From Minutocellus sp. GHC0000111 (lineage: Eukaryota), in contig OZ361258.1 of NCBI GenBank assembly GCA_977018835.1, positions 3,162,001-3,226,000 of the forward strand: a stretch of DNA of 64,000 bases, in the 5' to 3' direction. Shown here piece after piece: positions 1 through 11,536 of the stretch (the first letter of the stretch is position 1; the number at the start of each line of letters is the position of its first letter). Under the pieces are notes generated by a model. It had not been told where the DNA came from. It saw only the letters and a list, made by a program, of their open reading frames with translations, and ran no database searches. The position numbers and the translations under genes were made by a program.

Positions 1-3000
1 GCTGTTGTCGGCGCAGGCATCACCGCTGGTGTTAGGGGACCAGGACCCGACCGAAGGTCACTGCTAACGCCTCGGCCTTCTGCTCCGGTGTTAGGGGCAC
101 CGGAGAGCCTGGATTGGTTGCTGATGTCGTTGCGACCGCACACGCCGAATTTTGGGGTGCCGGATGACCTTGGGCGGCTGGAGCCACCGGGGCGGATCGA
201 CGCCGACGCATCTGGCTGTGCACTCGACGGCGCTTGGAGGGACGAGCTCGGCCGGCTGGCCGAGATGTTTCTCCAGCATCCTCCGAGGGTGGGCCACGCC
301 TCCGTGCCCACCCGATCCGTCATTCCTCCGCCTCCTCGCACTTCCGATCGCATTTCTCGACGTGCTGCTCGACGGGTCCTCTATGCCTTAAGAGGCCTCT
401 TGACATGCGACTTCTTGAGCTTGCACGAGGATCCGGCGCCGCAGACACCCATCAGGATGAGTGGAGGGCAGAACTTACAGCCATTAATTTCAGGTCTGTC
501 CTCATAGGGCTCGGACTTCTTGCCATGCCGTTTTGCAAAGTTGCCGGGGTTGATGTCGAACGTGACGAAGTGTTCGCACTGGTGGGCTCTGCCGCTGGCG
601 CCGCCCGTCTTTTGCTTCTTTTTCGGACTGGTTCTTGGCTCTGATTTGTCGGAGTCGGAATCCGAGGAAGGGGTGGGAGCGTCGGCCGATTGGACGAGCT
701 TGATGTGGCTGGGGTAGACGAAAGGACTCTGAGTCTTCATCATCTTTTTGGACTCGTCGGCCATTGAGAAGCAAGAGAGGTCGTTGCCGGCGTCGTCGGG
801 GGAACGGAGACAAGCTTTCCAGAACGCATGGATGGAGGCGTCGATGTTGTGGAACATTGCCAGCCAGAACTTCTCGCCATGGCTCTCGGCGATGTCGCGG
901 TGCTGGTCCTCGTGTGTCTTCATGTGACTGAGGACCCTGGCGACGCAGCGAGCGGGCTCGGAATCCTCTCCGGCAAGGAAGGAAATGCCAGCGCCGAAGG
1001 CCGAGATGTGACGTTTGGCACCGTCGTGCTCGGTTGGGGACCGGCAGTTCTGCTTCAGAAGAGCCTTCACCTGAGTCGAGGCATGTCCTTTCTTTTGAGA
1101 GGCGGCGAGGCACAGGGGCGCATTGCTGCTGCTGGAGTTTGCCGGGCTAAAGGCGAAGACAGAGAAGCCATCGTAGATTTTCTTGTCGCTCTTCCCGAAG
1201 CCAAAGAGGCGGACGTAAGTGGTGAGGCCCTGGAGAGATGTCCTGACTCCGGTCTTGCCCTTTACATGGAGCTCGAGGCCGACGGCTGCTTGCGTGAGGT
1301 TTGACTCTTCCAGCAGTGCTTTCAATCCTTCGGGAAGATTCGAGTCGATCGCTGCTACATCATCGTCATGCTCGGTCGAGACCCGGCAGAAAGCGGCACA
1401 GGCCTTGAGGATGGCGCCATTCATCGAGTGCTTCTTGTCGACCTTGTCAGTGTAGGCCATGACTGCGCCGGTGAGGGAGGATGCTTCGGACGCGGCCCTA
1501 GTCATGGCGTTGGCCGCGGTGGTAACTGCAGAGTCGGTTGGGGCGCCACCGGCTGGTGGTCCGTCGCCACTGGCGCCAGTGATGTGCCGAGCGTGCATCT
1601 CACGGGCGTGTGTCTTGAGAGCTGGGTCCGTCGTTGGGTGCAAGCTGACGGCCGGGATGTCACCTTGCTCGGACGTGGCGACGAACCACAGCCACTTGAC
1701 GACGTGTTGAATGGCCTCGTTGGAGCGAAGACCTGCTGCGCCATGACCCCCTCGTCGTCACCGCTGTCTGATGCGTCGTCGCTGCCGGCGTCCTCATCCA
1801 GCCGACGTTTGATGGCGGACAGGATGGCCCAAGGCGATGCCTCGTGCTCTTCCAGAACATTCTGCAGAATCGAAGGTGGCAGCAGCACAAGGGACTTAAA
1901 CTTCGTGGAGGCACTCCGGTGGCGGGTGTTGGAGCCTTCCTGGGTGAGACCGGTTAGGGCGGCTTCTGACGGTGCCCCCAGCATGGCTTCCACCGATGGG
2001 GCTAGGACCTCCTTGTGCCGCAAGAGGCTAGGTTGGGCCAACGACATTGCCGGGGCTACATCGTCGATCCCGAGGAGCCCACCCAACCTGAGGTCGGGCT
2101 GCATGGTGGTGCCTCCCTGAGCCACGGCATGGTGAATCACCACGACTTTCCCTCTTCTGGATGGTGGGCCAGCATGGACAAACCCTCGGCGTCGCGGATT
2201 TGCTGCTGGATCGCTCGGGCATGGCTCTGGACCATCATGGCGGCCGTGGGGTCGGTTTCTTCACAGACGTTGTCGGCGAGGAATCTCTGGAAATCTCGAG
2301 CTACGGCGGCGTCGGCCCCGGCCGGTGTCTCTTGTGCCAGCAGGACTGACTTCCAGGTGTTGAAAGATGAAGCCATGGTGATCAATGCTCGATCACCTTG
2401 CCTGTCGCCTTCGGCGTCGGTCCTCTCGGCGCTGGATGTGGTTCAGATCGGCCGTGAGGGTGAGGATGCGGTCGGCGAAAGCGGGCTCTCCAAAGGCGGA
2501 CAGAAGGATGTTGAATGCCTGACGCGGTGGCTCTGACACCAAAATGTCGGCGGTGATGTCTCGCAGGCGGACAGGTGCCTCGAGATCGTCGGGGCGCCGG
2601 TGAATTGATGCTCTTGGCCAGACGCGGCAGTGGGTGCCCTCCCAGCGATTTGGATCGGCCGTGTCGTCTAGCCACCTCGGATAGACTCGATGGTAGGTGC
2701 CTACCCAGCGGTGTGAGGGGGACGCCGTTAGGCATGCCAGCCTTCCCCAGCATTCGTGCGGGTTGACCTCCACTCGGTGTCCAAGAGGATTGCTGTCAGG
2801 CCGAGTGTGTCGGAGTCGAGCGCTGGTGAGGCTCTCGAATCCACTGTCCCACAGTTAGTTGATAACAGCTTCAGTGAGTTGGTCCGGTCGTAGGTGCTGC
2901 CGTCTCTGGAACGGGTGCGGCGAATCCAGCGGGAACTGGGTGATGATCAGGGCGAAAGGGCCGATGAGATCTCCTCGCTCCAATGCCACACTGACGCCAG

Positions 3001-4190
3001 CCCGCTCGGTTCGGTCGTGTGCGTCACGTGGGTAGAAGAGTGGCCTTGCCTCCCACTCGAAATAAGTGAGCGGCAGCGTTGGTGGAAGCTCGCTCCCCCG
3101 TGAACCTATGCAAGCGTGCGGTGTCGGCTCTAGAGGTCTGCCCTCTCTGGCCGCGATGCGCCGTCTTTCTTTTCGGTCGGCCTGGCAGTGGAGGATGCAC
3201 TGCGTGAGCCGGCAGAGCTGGGGCCAGATGCAATGGTGTTGCCGCGCTGCTGCTGCCGATGCCTCCGGACACCTTCGCCCCCGATGCTGTTGAACCACGA
3301 CGCCTCCGTCTGCCCGTGGTAGTCGGTGCACAGTGCACTGCTCAGGTCCAACTCAGTTAGTTGCCGTCTCGTGTGCCCGGCGGATCTCAGGCTCGGCAAG
3401 GCGCGTGGCCATGTCAGCCAGACGTTGACGAGGCACGTGGGCCAGTCCGGTGACACCAAGAAGGCTTGTTGCTCGAGGTGCTCGGTGACCAGACCGTGCG
3501 CTACTGGAGTAAGGTGTGAAACGGCTGCTGCTGGGGGGATGGCTGGCACCCCGTGGCTCTCGATGGGAGGTGGCCTGTGGCGCGCTCGACGAGATCGGTG
3601 AGGCACTCGGTAACGTCGATTCTGCCCTCGGCAAAACTTTTCCACCAATCCAGTGCGTCTGTGGTCAGTCTCTCGGACGACGCCCTGGCTGTGAAGAAAC
3701 TTCTGCGCCCGGGCCGAATCTGACGTCTGAGTCTCTGTCCCAGCCTCGTGGAAGGTCAGGAGAGTCAGTCTCCTCTCGGACGATGAGGTCTCTTGCCACT
3801 CCGAACAACACGTGATCCAGTTCCGGTCGATCTGGTTCGGCCATGCACTGTTCTGCCGTCGTAGAGACTGGTATCGGATCTACGTGCACTATCAACGGAG
3901 CTGAGCCGTGGCCGTTTGACTCCGGAGTCGACTGCGGTCTCTCTCTGGACTAACAGCAGAGCAGTCAGCAGTGGTGGTGTGTCGGCCAATAATTACGAAC
4001 TCGTAGAGCAGCACCAACCTAATGCTAAAACTAACTAACTACTGAGAGAGAGAGAGACAGGCTCTGGGAGCCGGTACTGTAAGCTGACTTAGCAATTGCA
4101 ACGGCAGCAATCGCAGATGGTTGTGGCTTGGTCAGTTGAGACGAGAGGAGGCGAAGGTGGTGGTCAGCAGAAAAACTGGGCACTACAGGA
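1..4190 (-). mobile_element. Degenerate retroelement-like region (possibly tyrosine-recombinase DIRS/Ngaro type); continues past the left window edge
   Basis: GC-rich, intronless minus-strand reading frames broken by frameshifts, a C-terminal Cys/His cluster, strong TpA depletion and a compositional change near 4.0-4.2 kb (GA microsatellite at ~4044). No RT or recombinase motif lies inside the window, so the class is inferred and the boundary is approximate. Confidence 0.45.
381..2376 (-). pseudogene. Frameshifted Gag/ORF1-like reading frame (~660 codons)
   Basis: Three ORF pieces (2137-2385, 1502-2143, 381-1643 plus its in-frame upstream extension) overlap and read as one protein across at least 2 frameshifts: MASSFNTWK...HHPEEGK / VVIHHAVAQGGT...KSLVLLPPSIL / VKWLWFVA...FWKACL...CKFCPPLILMGVCGAGSSCKLKKSH (zinc-finger-like end). 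Confidence 0.5.
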
Positions 4191-4341
4191 ATGCAGTTTT
4201 AGTGCCTGCTGCTAACCACCGTCGCCAGCTCATCCCCACCGTGCGGTACCCACAAGTCTCGTGAGAATTTGGCGCCATCTTTGCTTCGCTCTTTCTATCG
4301 CATTGGCCTCGCTTCGGATAAGTAGACCAATTATCAGCAAA

Positions 4342-4929
4342 ATGGCATCCGCCGCAGGACGCAGATCGATGCGCAAGATGAGTGATGCCGCTCCTCCGGG
4401 ATGCAGACCCCTCCAGGAGTACTGCATCGATAATCAGCCCGTGCTGATTCTGGACGGACCCAATGCCGGCAGGAAGGGCATCATCGCCCATCCGTGGGAT
4501 CCCAACGATGGCAACAAGAAGTCACGTGCTTTTGCCGCCTTGGGCGTGACGAGTGAGACTGTCCCCTCTCAGCATCTCGTGGTGGAAATTGACGACGACG
4601 CTGGTCGGTGTGATATCGTCGTGCATTACTCGTCCGTCCATCTTGTCAATCAAGAGCTTCAGACGTATCTGGAGCGCGCCAACCAAGAGGATCCAGATGT
4701 AGGTGCTCTCCGCACCCTCGGTCATTGTCTCAGCGAGGGCAATGGCGGCATTGGCCAGGATATGATCAACGATGGATCGTGGTTGGCGTATGGTCTGAGC
4801 TTTGACGACGGTTATTGCAAGCCCTACACCCTCTACGTCATGGGGATGGCCGGTCGTTATCCAAGAAATCCTCACCGTATGGAAACCGTGGCGGACGTCG
4901 AGGCTTGGTTTACCAGGGTCTATGGGTAG
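4342..4929 (+). CDS. Hypothetical protein (~195 aa) with a KOW-like motif and one Sel1-like segment
   Basis: Uninterrupted ORF from ATG 4342. VLILDGPNAGRKGII resembles a KOW motif and ALRTLGHCLSEGNGGIGQD resembles a Sel1 repeat. AT-rich 3' flank. Confidence 0.55.
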   Translation: MASAAGRRSMRKMSDAAPPGCRPLQEYCIDNQPVLILDGPNAGRKGIIAHPWDPNDGNKKSRAFAALGVTSETVPSQHLVVEIDDDAGRCDIVVHYSSVHLVNQELQTYLERANQEDPDVGALRTLGHCLSEGNGGIGQDMINDGSWLAYGLSFDDGYCKPYTLYVMGMAGRYPRNPHRMETVADVEAWFTRVYG

Positions 4930-5535
4930 TTGCTAATACAATGTATTTGCATTGCTAGTGATGTGCCATTGTATTGCAGGGAATGCTTTTGCTACACAAA
5001 AAGAAAAAGAAGATTGGTTGGGGAAACACTGCCTGCAGGGTAACAACAGACGCGACGGCAGAAGAAATATCCAGGGGAACATTAATTGAATGCCGCGCGG
5101 CGCCGGCTCTTCCTTTTTTATATAAGTACAGTCATATACGCAGCATATAATAGAATAGGTGCCATGATAACTAGTAGATATTTTTTATCATACTTTCGAG
5201 ATCTCATCTGGAAACTACTCTGTCAACGGTATCATGGCATCTATGGCAAGCCTCCTCGCTCTCGTCGCTGCTTGGATGCCTCTGTCGGGTGCTGTAGCCA
5301 TGTAGATATTGATACATACCAAAACAAGAAGCAAGAGTAGTTTTCTCGTAATGATATATCCTTAGAGTTACGATGGGGTTTTGTGTATTTATTTTTTTCT
5401 TTGTCCGACGGTCGGTCGCAATGGCGGTAGGTATCTCCGAATCTCCAAATTCCGTACAACTAACTTGCTGCAGCGAGCGACATGAATTCGAGGATACAAC
5501 AATCACTACCGCCGCTGCTTCCAACCCCAACGAGC

Positions 5536-6514
5536 TTACTCCTCGTCGTCACCGGCGGCGGCACGGGAGGCGGCGCGCTTCTTGGCGACACGGCCGGGAG
5601 GGCCCTGGCCGTAGGGGGAGTTGGTGGAGAAGTCGATGTGCTTCTCGCTGGAGGTGCGGACGTTGAAGCTGGGGACGTTGACGAGCTGGTTGCCGACGCG
5701 GATGTGGCGCTGGCGGATGAGGACGCGGGCGTGGTGGATGGACTTGGCGAGGCCCTGCTTGTAGACCTTGGTCTGGAGGCGGCGCTCGAGGAGCTTCTGG
5801 GTGGTGAGCAGCAGGATGCTGTCCAGGTCGAGCTCGTCGTCGGCCAGCAGACCGTAGCGGGACATGCGGCGGAGGAGGGCGGCACCCTCGAAGATGCGCG
5901 TGGGATCCTTGGGGTCGAGGGTCAGCAGGGTACGGGCGGCCTTGCGGAGCTTGGCCAGGGCGTACTGGACGCGCCAGATCTCGCGCTTGCAGCGGAGGCC
6001 GTACTCTCCGACGAGCTTGAGCTCGGCGTCGAGGCGCTCCTTCTCGTAGGGACGGCGGGGCGTCTTGAAGGTCTTGCGGTCTGTGGTGGTAATGGTAAGG
6101 AAGGAAAATGAAGAATGTGTATGCGTGAGAATTTCATGTTCGTGTCGTGCCCATTTCATATGCTAATCCTGATTGATGATTCGCCTTCGCCGCAAGCTCC
6201 ATGTGCGTAAATTTATTCTCATCCACCATCCATCCGCGGTATGTATCTCCGCGCCCATTCCAAAGCAATTTTCCGACGCACGCCAGTTCCGCAAATATTC
6301 ACCGCCCAGCGCTCGTCGTCGTTCCGGTCCTCGGACATGCCATGCAGCAGCCCAGGCAGAGCAGATAATCCGTCAGCAGCCGGTCCGGTCCGGAACTTCG
6401 TCCACTTCTCGCTCCTCAACTTTTCGCCATCGTCGCCGCCGACCGGCACTCCATCGCGCTATCAAATTCCGCAGGACTAGACTCACAGTTCCGGTGCATA
6501 GCGTTGGTGGGCAT
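5536..6514 (-). CDS. RPS9: 40S ribosomal protein S9 (uS4), 190 aa; exons 6514-6487 and 6080-5536
   Basis: Spliced product [31 protein letters not shown]...LERRLQT...[18 protein letters not shown]...[11 protein letters not shown]. The phase-1 intron 6486-6081 (GTGAGT...CAG) restores the frame. Confidence 0.97.
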
Positions 6515-6957
6515 GGTGGAAATGTGGTATTGATTCTATTGAATGGTAACGGGGGGGTAAGCTTCTTGGGTCTTCGTCGATACAAAACAGAATGATCACA
6601 AACGGGCGATTTTTCGCAACGGGTTCTGAGCTCACTGGAAAATTTACCGCTTTACTCCCCGTCGGTGTCTTTGTGACGTCATTCAAACACAAAAGGCCTT
6701 ACATAAATTTCCAATCAGGCCCTTTTGTTCGAAACGCACTTGGTCCGTCCTTCGTCGGTCATTGGTTGGTCCCGCCTCGTTCGCCTGGCCGCAAGTTCCA
6801 GCACATCGCTCCCTCATCTGCAGATCCGCCATCATTTGCATTATTCATTTATTGCACCGGATATCAATTGCACGCGATTGCTTGCCAATTGTCAATTACC
6901 TACATACATATATACATATATCTTTTTTGAAACCCAAATCATAACCAAAACCGAACC
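6515..6957. promoter_or_regulatory. Divergent intergenic region (putative bidirectional promoter) between RPS9 and the BFR1-like gene
   Basis: The two start codons are 443 bp apart, head to head. The region contains a TGACGTCA palindrome (~6674) and CCAAT/ATTGG motifs. Confidence 0.45.
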
Positions 6958-8694
6958 ATGAGTACCGCCGAAGAGACTTCCGCCGCCGCTACCCCTACTG
7001 CCGAGCAGCCCGAGACTGCCGCCGCCCCTGCCGCCGCCGAGGGCAACAATGACGACCACCAGACCGCCGCCGCCGCCGACACCGGTGACAAGCCTGCCGG
7101 CGGAGACAAGAAGACCAACAAGGGCCGCAAGGCATACAAGCAGCAGAAGGACGAGACGCCCATCGAGGAGCTCTACGATCTGTCGCAACCCATCCCCCAC
7201 GTCCCCCGTCCCTCGAAAGACGACCACGAGAAGGAGGTCGGCGCCATCAACGCCCAGATCGACGCCCTCAAGGCCGAGCGGCAGACCCTCCAGACCAAGA
7301 TCGAGGGCAACCTGACCGGCAAGGGGGGCAACCCGGCCGCCGAGGCCGCCAAGGACGAGCTCAAGAAGCTTCGGGCTCAAAAGGGCGGCCTGATCGACGA
7401 AAAAAAGGCTCTGAGGGCCCAACTCGACGCCGCCCGGAACGCCAACGACAAGCTCCAGAACGAACGCAAGGCGGCCCAATCCTCCGTGGGCAAGTTCCGC
7501 AACCTCCAGGAAATCGAGGCCGAGATCGCCCGCCTGCACAAGCGGCAGGAGACCACTTCGATGAGTTTGGCGGAGGAGAAACGCCTCATCAAGGACATTG
7601 ACGCCCTGGAATCCTCGAAAAAGACCGTCGCCTCCATCAAATCCAAGGACGACGAGCTGAACGCCACCCGCGACCAGAAGAAGGCTCTGCAAACCCAGCT
7701 CAACTCGAAAGACAAGGAGATCGACGCCGTCCAATCCATCATCGACGACAAGTCCGCCACCCTCAAGGCCATCTACGACCAGGAGGCCGACAAGCGCGGC
7801 GATATGCAGAAGCTCTTCCAGGCCCGGGACGATCTGCGGTCCCAAATCAACGACCTCATCACCAAGCGCAACGCCCTCCGCGACGCCTACCGCGAGGACA
7901 ACAACCAGTGGTACAACTACCAGCGCGCCGTCCGTCGTCAAAAGCAGATCAAGTACGAGGAAGAGAAGGCCGCCCGCGAGGCCGAAAAGCAGGCCTGGAT
8001 CAAGGCCAAGGAGGAGGAGGAAGCCAAGAAGATTCCCTACGAGGAGGAGATGGCTCTGTGCGACTACCTGGCCGAGTATCTCACGCGAACGTATCTGACC
8101 GATGCCACCGAGGCCAAGAAGAAGGCCGAGGAGGACCTCAAGGCCAAGAAGAAGGCGGCCGAGGGCGTCGTCGAACTCAAGGCGGAAGACAATCCCTTTG
8201 CCAACTTCAAGCCCGTCGGCAAGTCCAAGGACGACGACGAGGAGGTCTTTCTGCAGATGGGCAAGGACACCGGTGGCGGCAAGAAGAAGCGGCAGCGCAA
8301 CAAGGCCGCCAGGTCCAAGGCCAAGGCCGCCACCTCCTTCACTCTCAGTGTGGACAGCTTCGAACAGTTTGGGCTGCTGGGCCTCACCCCACCCACCTCC
8401 ATTGATGCCGTCGCCAAGTCCGTCGACGAACTCCAGGCTCGCAAGGAGTGGTACTCGCAGCAGCCCCGCGGGGCGGTCAAGACCGCCCAGGACATTCGCA
8501 AGGAGAACGAGAAGAACGCCGCCCGCATCCAGAACAAAAAGGAGGTCAGTGGCGGTGACGGTGGCAACGCCGGTGGTGGCAAGAGCAAGAAGAATGGCGG
8601 TGCTGCCAGTGGTGAGGAGGAGGAACTGACTCTGGGTGCCGGCAGTGTCGCCACCGGACCGGTCGGTCAGTGGGCCGGAAGGGCCGCCGTGTAA
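6958..8694 (+). CDS. Long coiled-coil protein, BFR1 / proton-pump-interactor-like (578 aa)
   Basis: Strong GC3 codon bias and extended heptads. QETTSMSLAEEKRLIKDIDAL and IPYEEEMALCDYLAEYL resemble the Bfr1/PPI family. Confidence 0.75.
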   Translation: MSTAEETSAAATPTAEQPETAAAPAAAEGNNDDHQTAAAADTGDKPAGGDKKTNKGRKAYKQQKDETPIEELYDLSQPIPHVPRPSKDDHEKEVGAINAQIDALKAERQTLQTKIEGNLTGKGGNPAAEAAKDELKKLRAQKGGLIDEKKALRAQLDAARNANDKLQNERKAAQSSVGKFRNLQEIEAEIARLHKRQETTSMSLAEEKRLIKDIDALESSKKTVASIKSKDDELNATRDQKKALQTQLNSKDKEIDAVQSIIDDKSATLKAIYDQEADKRGDMQKLFQARDDLRSQINDLITKRNALRDAYREDNNQWYNYQRAVRRQKQIKYEEEKAAREAEKQAWIKAKEEEEAKKIPYEEEMALCDYLAEYLTRTYLTDATEAKKKAEEDLKAKKKAAEGVVELKAEDNPFANFKPVGKSKDDDEEVFLQMGKDTGGGKKKRQRNKAARSKAKAATSFTLSVDSFEQFGLLGLTPPTSIDAVAKSVDELQARKEWYSQQPRGAVKTAQDIRKENEKNAARIQNKKEVSGGDGGNAGGGKSKKNGGAASGEEEELTLGAGSVATGPVGQWAGRAAV

Positions 8695-9456
8695 ACGGAC
8701 AGGAAGGAAAGGACGGAAAGGAGAGTGCACATGGATCTCGGACTTGGTGGACTGGAGTAGATTCAGTGCGACGGATGATACGTGGGATAGCTCGGCTTAT
8801 CATGTGAGTTGTTTCCACAGTTTTGCATTCAAATTAATTCGTTCGAGTACTTACTTGCCATCAATGGAGGACGTTTCAGCATCTCCCAAGTTATAAAACT
8901 TGGAGGTAGGCAAAAGCTAACTCTAAAATACTACTGCAGCAACACCGTACAAACATTTTTTCCAATATTACCGATAAATTCTCAAGCCACACGACGTACA
9001 TGTAGTAGATTGGATGTGTGGCATGCATTTCGACTCTTTTGACAAGAGGTATAAATCTATAGTTCACTACGTGTATTGCAAAATGTACCACTGGCAAATA
9101 AAGTGGTTCTCCCTTTTGCTACTAGTATCTCGGTTTCTGCATGAAAAAAAAACAAAGTTGGCTTCGCCACGTTTTCCGCGTCGTTTGCGATCTTGAGCTG
9201 CTCCAGGAGAATCTCCGAGGCAGCAGCTGATAGGGCGATGGGAAGAGCAAACACCTATGCATTTGAAGCTTCTTCAATAGTTATTGAAACAAATAATTAT
9301 CAATTTTCGTGATATCTCGATTTCTAATTACTTGGGTCTACCCTATCTCTGGAAACAATTAATTGATCTACACATATATAACGGCACCTACACTTGGCTT
9401 CTCGGGCTTGATTGATGCATCCTCTAAGACATCAATAGTAGCAGTCGAATTGCTTC

Positions 9457-11536
9457 TTAAACTTCCTCCTCAGCAGCGGAAGTGAATGAGGGATTGTTCT
9501 CGGCCTCCTCCTCGTCGTCGTCAGACTCAAAATCTTCTTCCTCGCCATCTTGATTAGCCATGGCCATTTTGGCAGCAACTGAGGCGACACCTACGAGTAA
9601 GCCGACACCTGCAAATGACACACCAACCTTGCAACCAGTACCGCATGAGCCGTCGGACTTGCCAGATAGATCTATTGTGGAAGAATCACCGTTGATATTC
9701 TCGCTGACATCCTCAACGCCGTTGGCCAGGCTATCAGCATCTGCATCACTTGTATCGTTTTCATTGGCGGATTCTCCGTCATCAGTCGGCACAGAAGCTC
9801 CATTCTCATTTGGCACAGAAGCATCGTCTCCGGTTTCATTCGCGGAGGTAGAGCCTCCAACGGCGCCATTCTCAGCTTCGTCCGCTTCGTTGCTTTCGGT
9901 TTGGTTGATGATGATGATCGAATCTCCGTTATCAAGAGGAACTGTTGCATCTGGATCGGTAGGAAGAACAGATGTATCCAGACCATCTCCGTTGACAACA
10001 GTTGAGTTGGTATAGTCGGTGGGAACTTCATCTTCGACCGTTGCTTGACCAAAGATGCCGCCTGTCGTTTTAGGATTACTGCTCCTGAAGTCCTTCTCAT
10101 CGCTACTACTGCTGTCTTTCGAGTCATCCATTGACACGTGAATCCTATGTAAGCGAAGATTTATACGAGAATGAAATATTGCTCGGTAAGGTGGAGGCGC
10201 ATTACAACGAAAATTTCAACAATATCAACCAAAAAGGAAAGTATACGACACAACACTATGGCACAACAAGGACTCACTTCACATCGCCGTCGCCATTCAC
10301 TTTGATTTCGTCCTTCTTCTCGAGTTTCTTGAGTGCCTCCTCGAACAAGTCCTTTGCCTCGCCACGATCGCTATCCTTGACGTCCAACTCGTCCAGGACC
10401 TTGTCGCGTAGCTTCTTCTGGTCCAAAGTCTTGGTCTTATCCTCTCCATCCTTTACGTTTTTGCGGTCTTTTAGGATAGACACAACCTCTTTGGTAACAT
10501 CGGTGAGCTCAAGCGACTCGCTCTTCTTCTTCTTCTTATCGTCGCTGTCGCTGTCGCTATCGGACTCGTCCATGGATACGAAGATTCTGAATGTGGAAGA
10601 AAGGATAATGAATCAGTTACAGTTGCGGGAGGTACGTAAATAAAAGTGAGAAAGATATTTTTGAGGGCATGCAAGTAAAGCAAGTAAGAAAGAAATTCAG
10701 TGGATAACACGATAAAAACCGTATCAAACTCACTTCACATCGCCGTCGCTAGCAACCTTGATCTCATCCTTCTTCTCGAGTTTCTCAATGGCATCCTCAA
10801 ACATCTTCTTTGCCTCGCCTCGGTCGCTGTCCTTGACGTCCAGCTCATCAAGGACCTTGTTGCGAAGGTCCTTCTGGTCGAGATCCTTGGTCTTATCCTT
10901 GCCGTTCACAACGTTCTTTCGATCCTTTAGGATGCTGACGACTTCCTTGGTAATATCATCCATATCCGGTGCCTTATTCTTCTTGTCACTGTCGGACTTG
11001 GACGAGTCCTTGCGCTTCTCGTCACTCGAAGACTTCTTCTTTTTGTCACTAGAGGAGGACGACTTCTTCTTGGACTTGGACTTGGACTCGGACGATGACT
11101 TCTTGTTCTTCTTGGATTGACTACTGTTATCGCCTGCCTTCTTGAAGACTGAGCTCTTCTTCTTCTTCTTTTTGGAGCTCTTTGACTTCGAACTCTTGGT
11201 CTTCGAACTCTTGGTCTTCGAACTCTTGGTCTTGGAACTCTTCGACTTGGAACTCTTGCTTCCCAATTCACGACCGGTGGTGGTGAAAATACCATCGACG
11301 GGCGCATTGCCGACAACGATGGTGGGGATGGCGGCTGCGACGATATCGGCAGAAGACATGGACGCTCCGGCGCTCAGGCGCGCCAGACAGTTGGGCAAAA
11401 GTCCGACGAGGACCAGAAGGATGGCACGACGGATGCTGGGCCCAGTGGCGGCGCGGCTGCGTCCAGAGCGGCTAAAGGCAGTCACACTGTCAATGCTCTC
11501 ATTGGGAGGCGTGAGGGTGGGGACGGATGTGTTCAT
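9457..11536 (-). CDS. Three-exon 599-aa membrane protein: RXL motif, Lys/Ser (KSSK) repeats, duplicated ~75-aa domain, acidic region, C-terminal TM and acidic tail; exons 11536-10734, 10586-10278, 10144-9457
   Basis: Two phase-2 GTGAGT...YAG introns join three ORF-track fragments in frame (803+309+688 = 1800 nt). There is an N-terminal hydrophobic stretch (AILLVLVGLL) and a C-terminal TM (VGVSFAGVGLLVGVASVAA). Confidence 0.8.
11172..11260 (-). repeat. 15-bp coding tandem repeat encoding (S/T)KSSK
   Basis: About 6 units resembling cttcgaactcttggt on the + strand. Confidence 0.85.

Noticed and set aside
6892..8730. 612-aa antisense ORF
   Set aside because: It is a shadow of the strongly codon-biased BFR1-like gene, with the Leu/Val/Gly composition typical of antisense frames.
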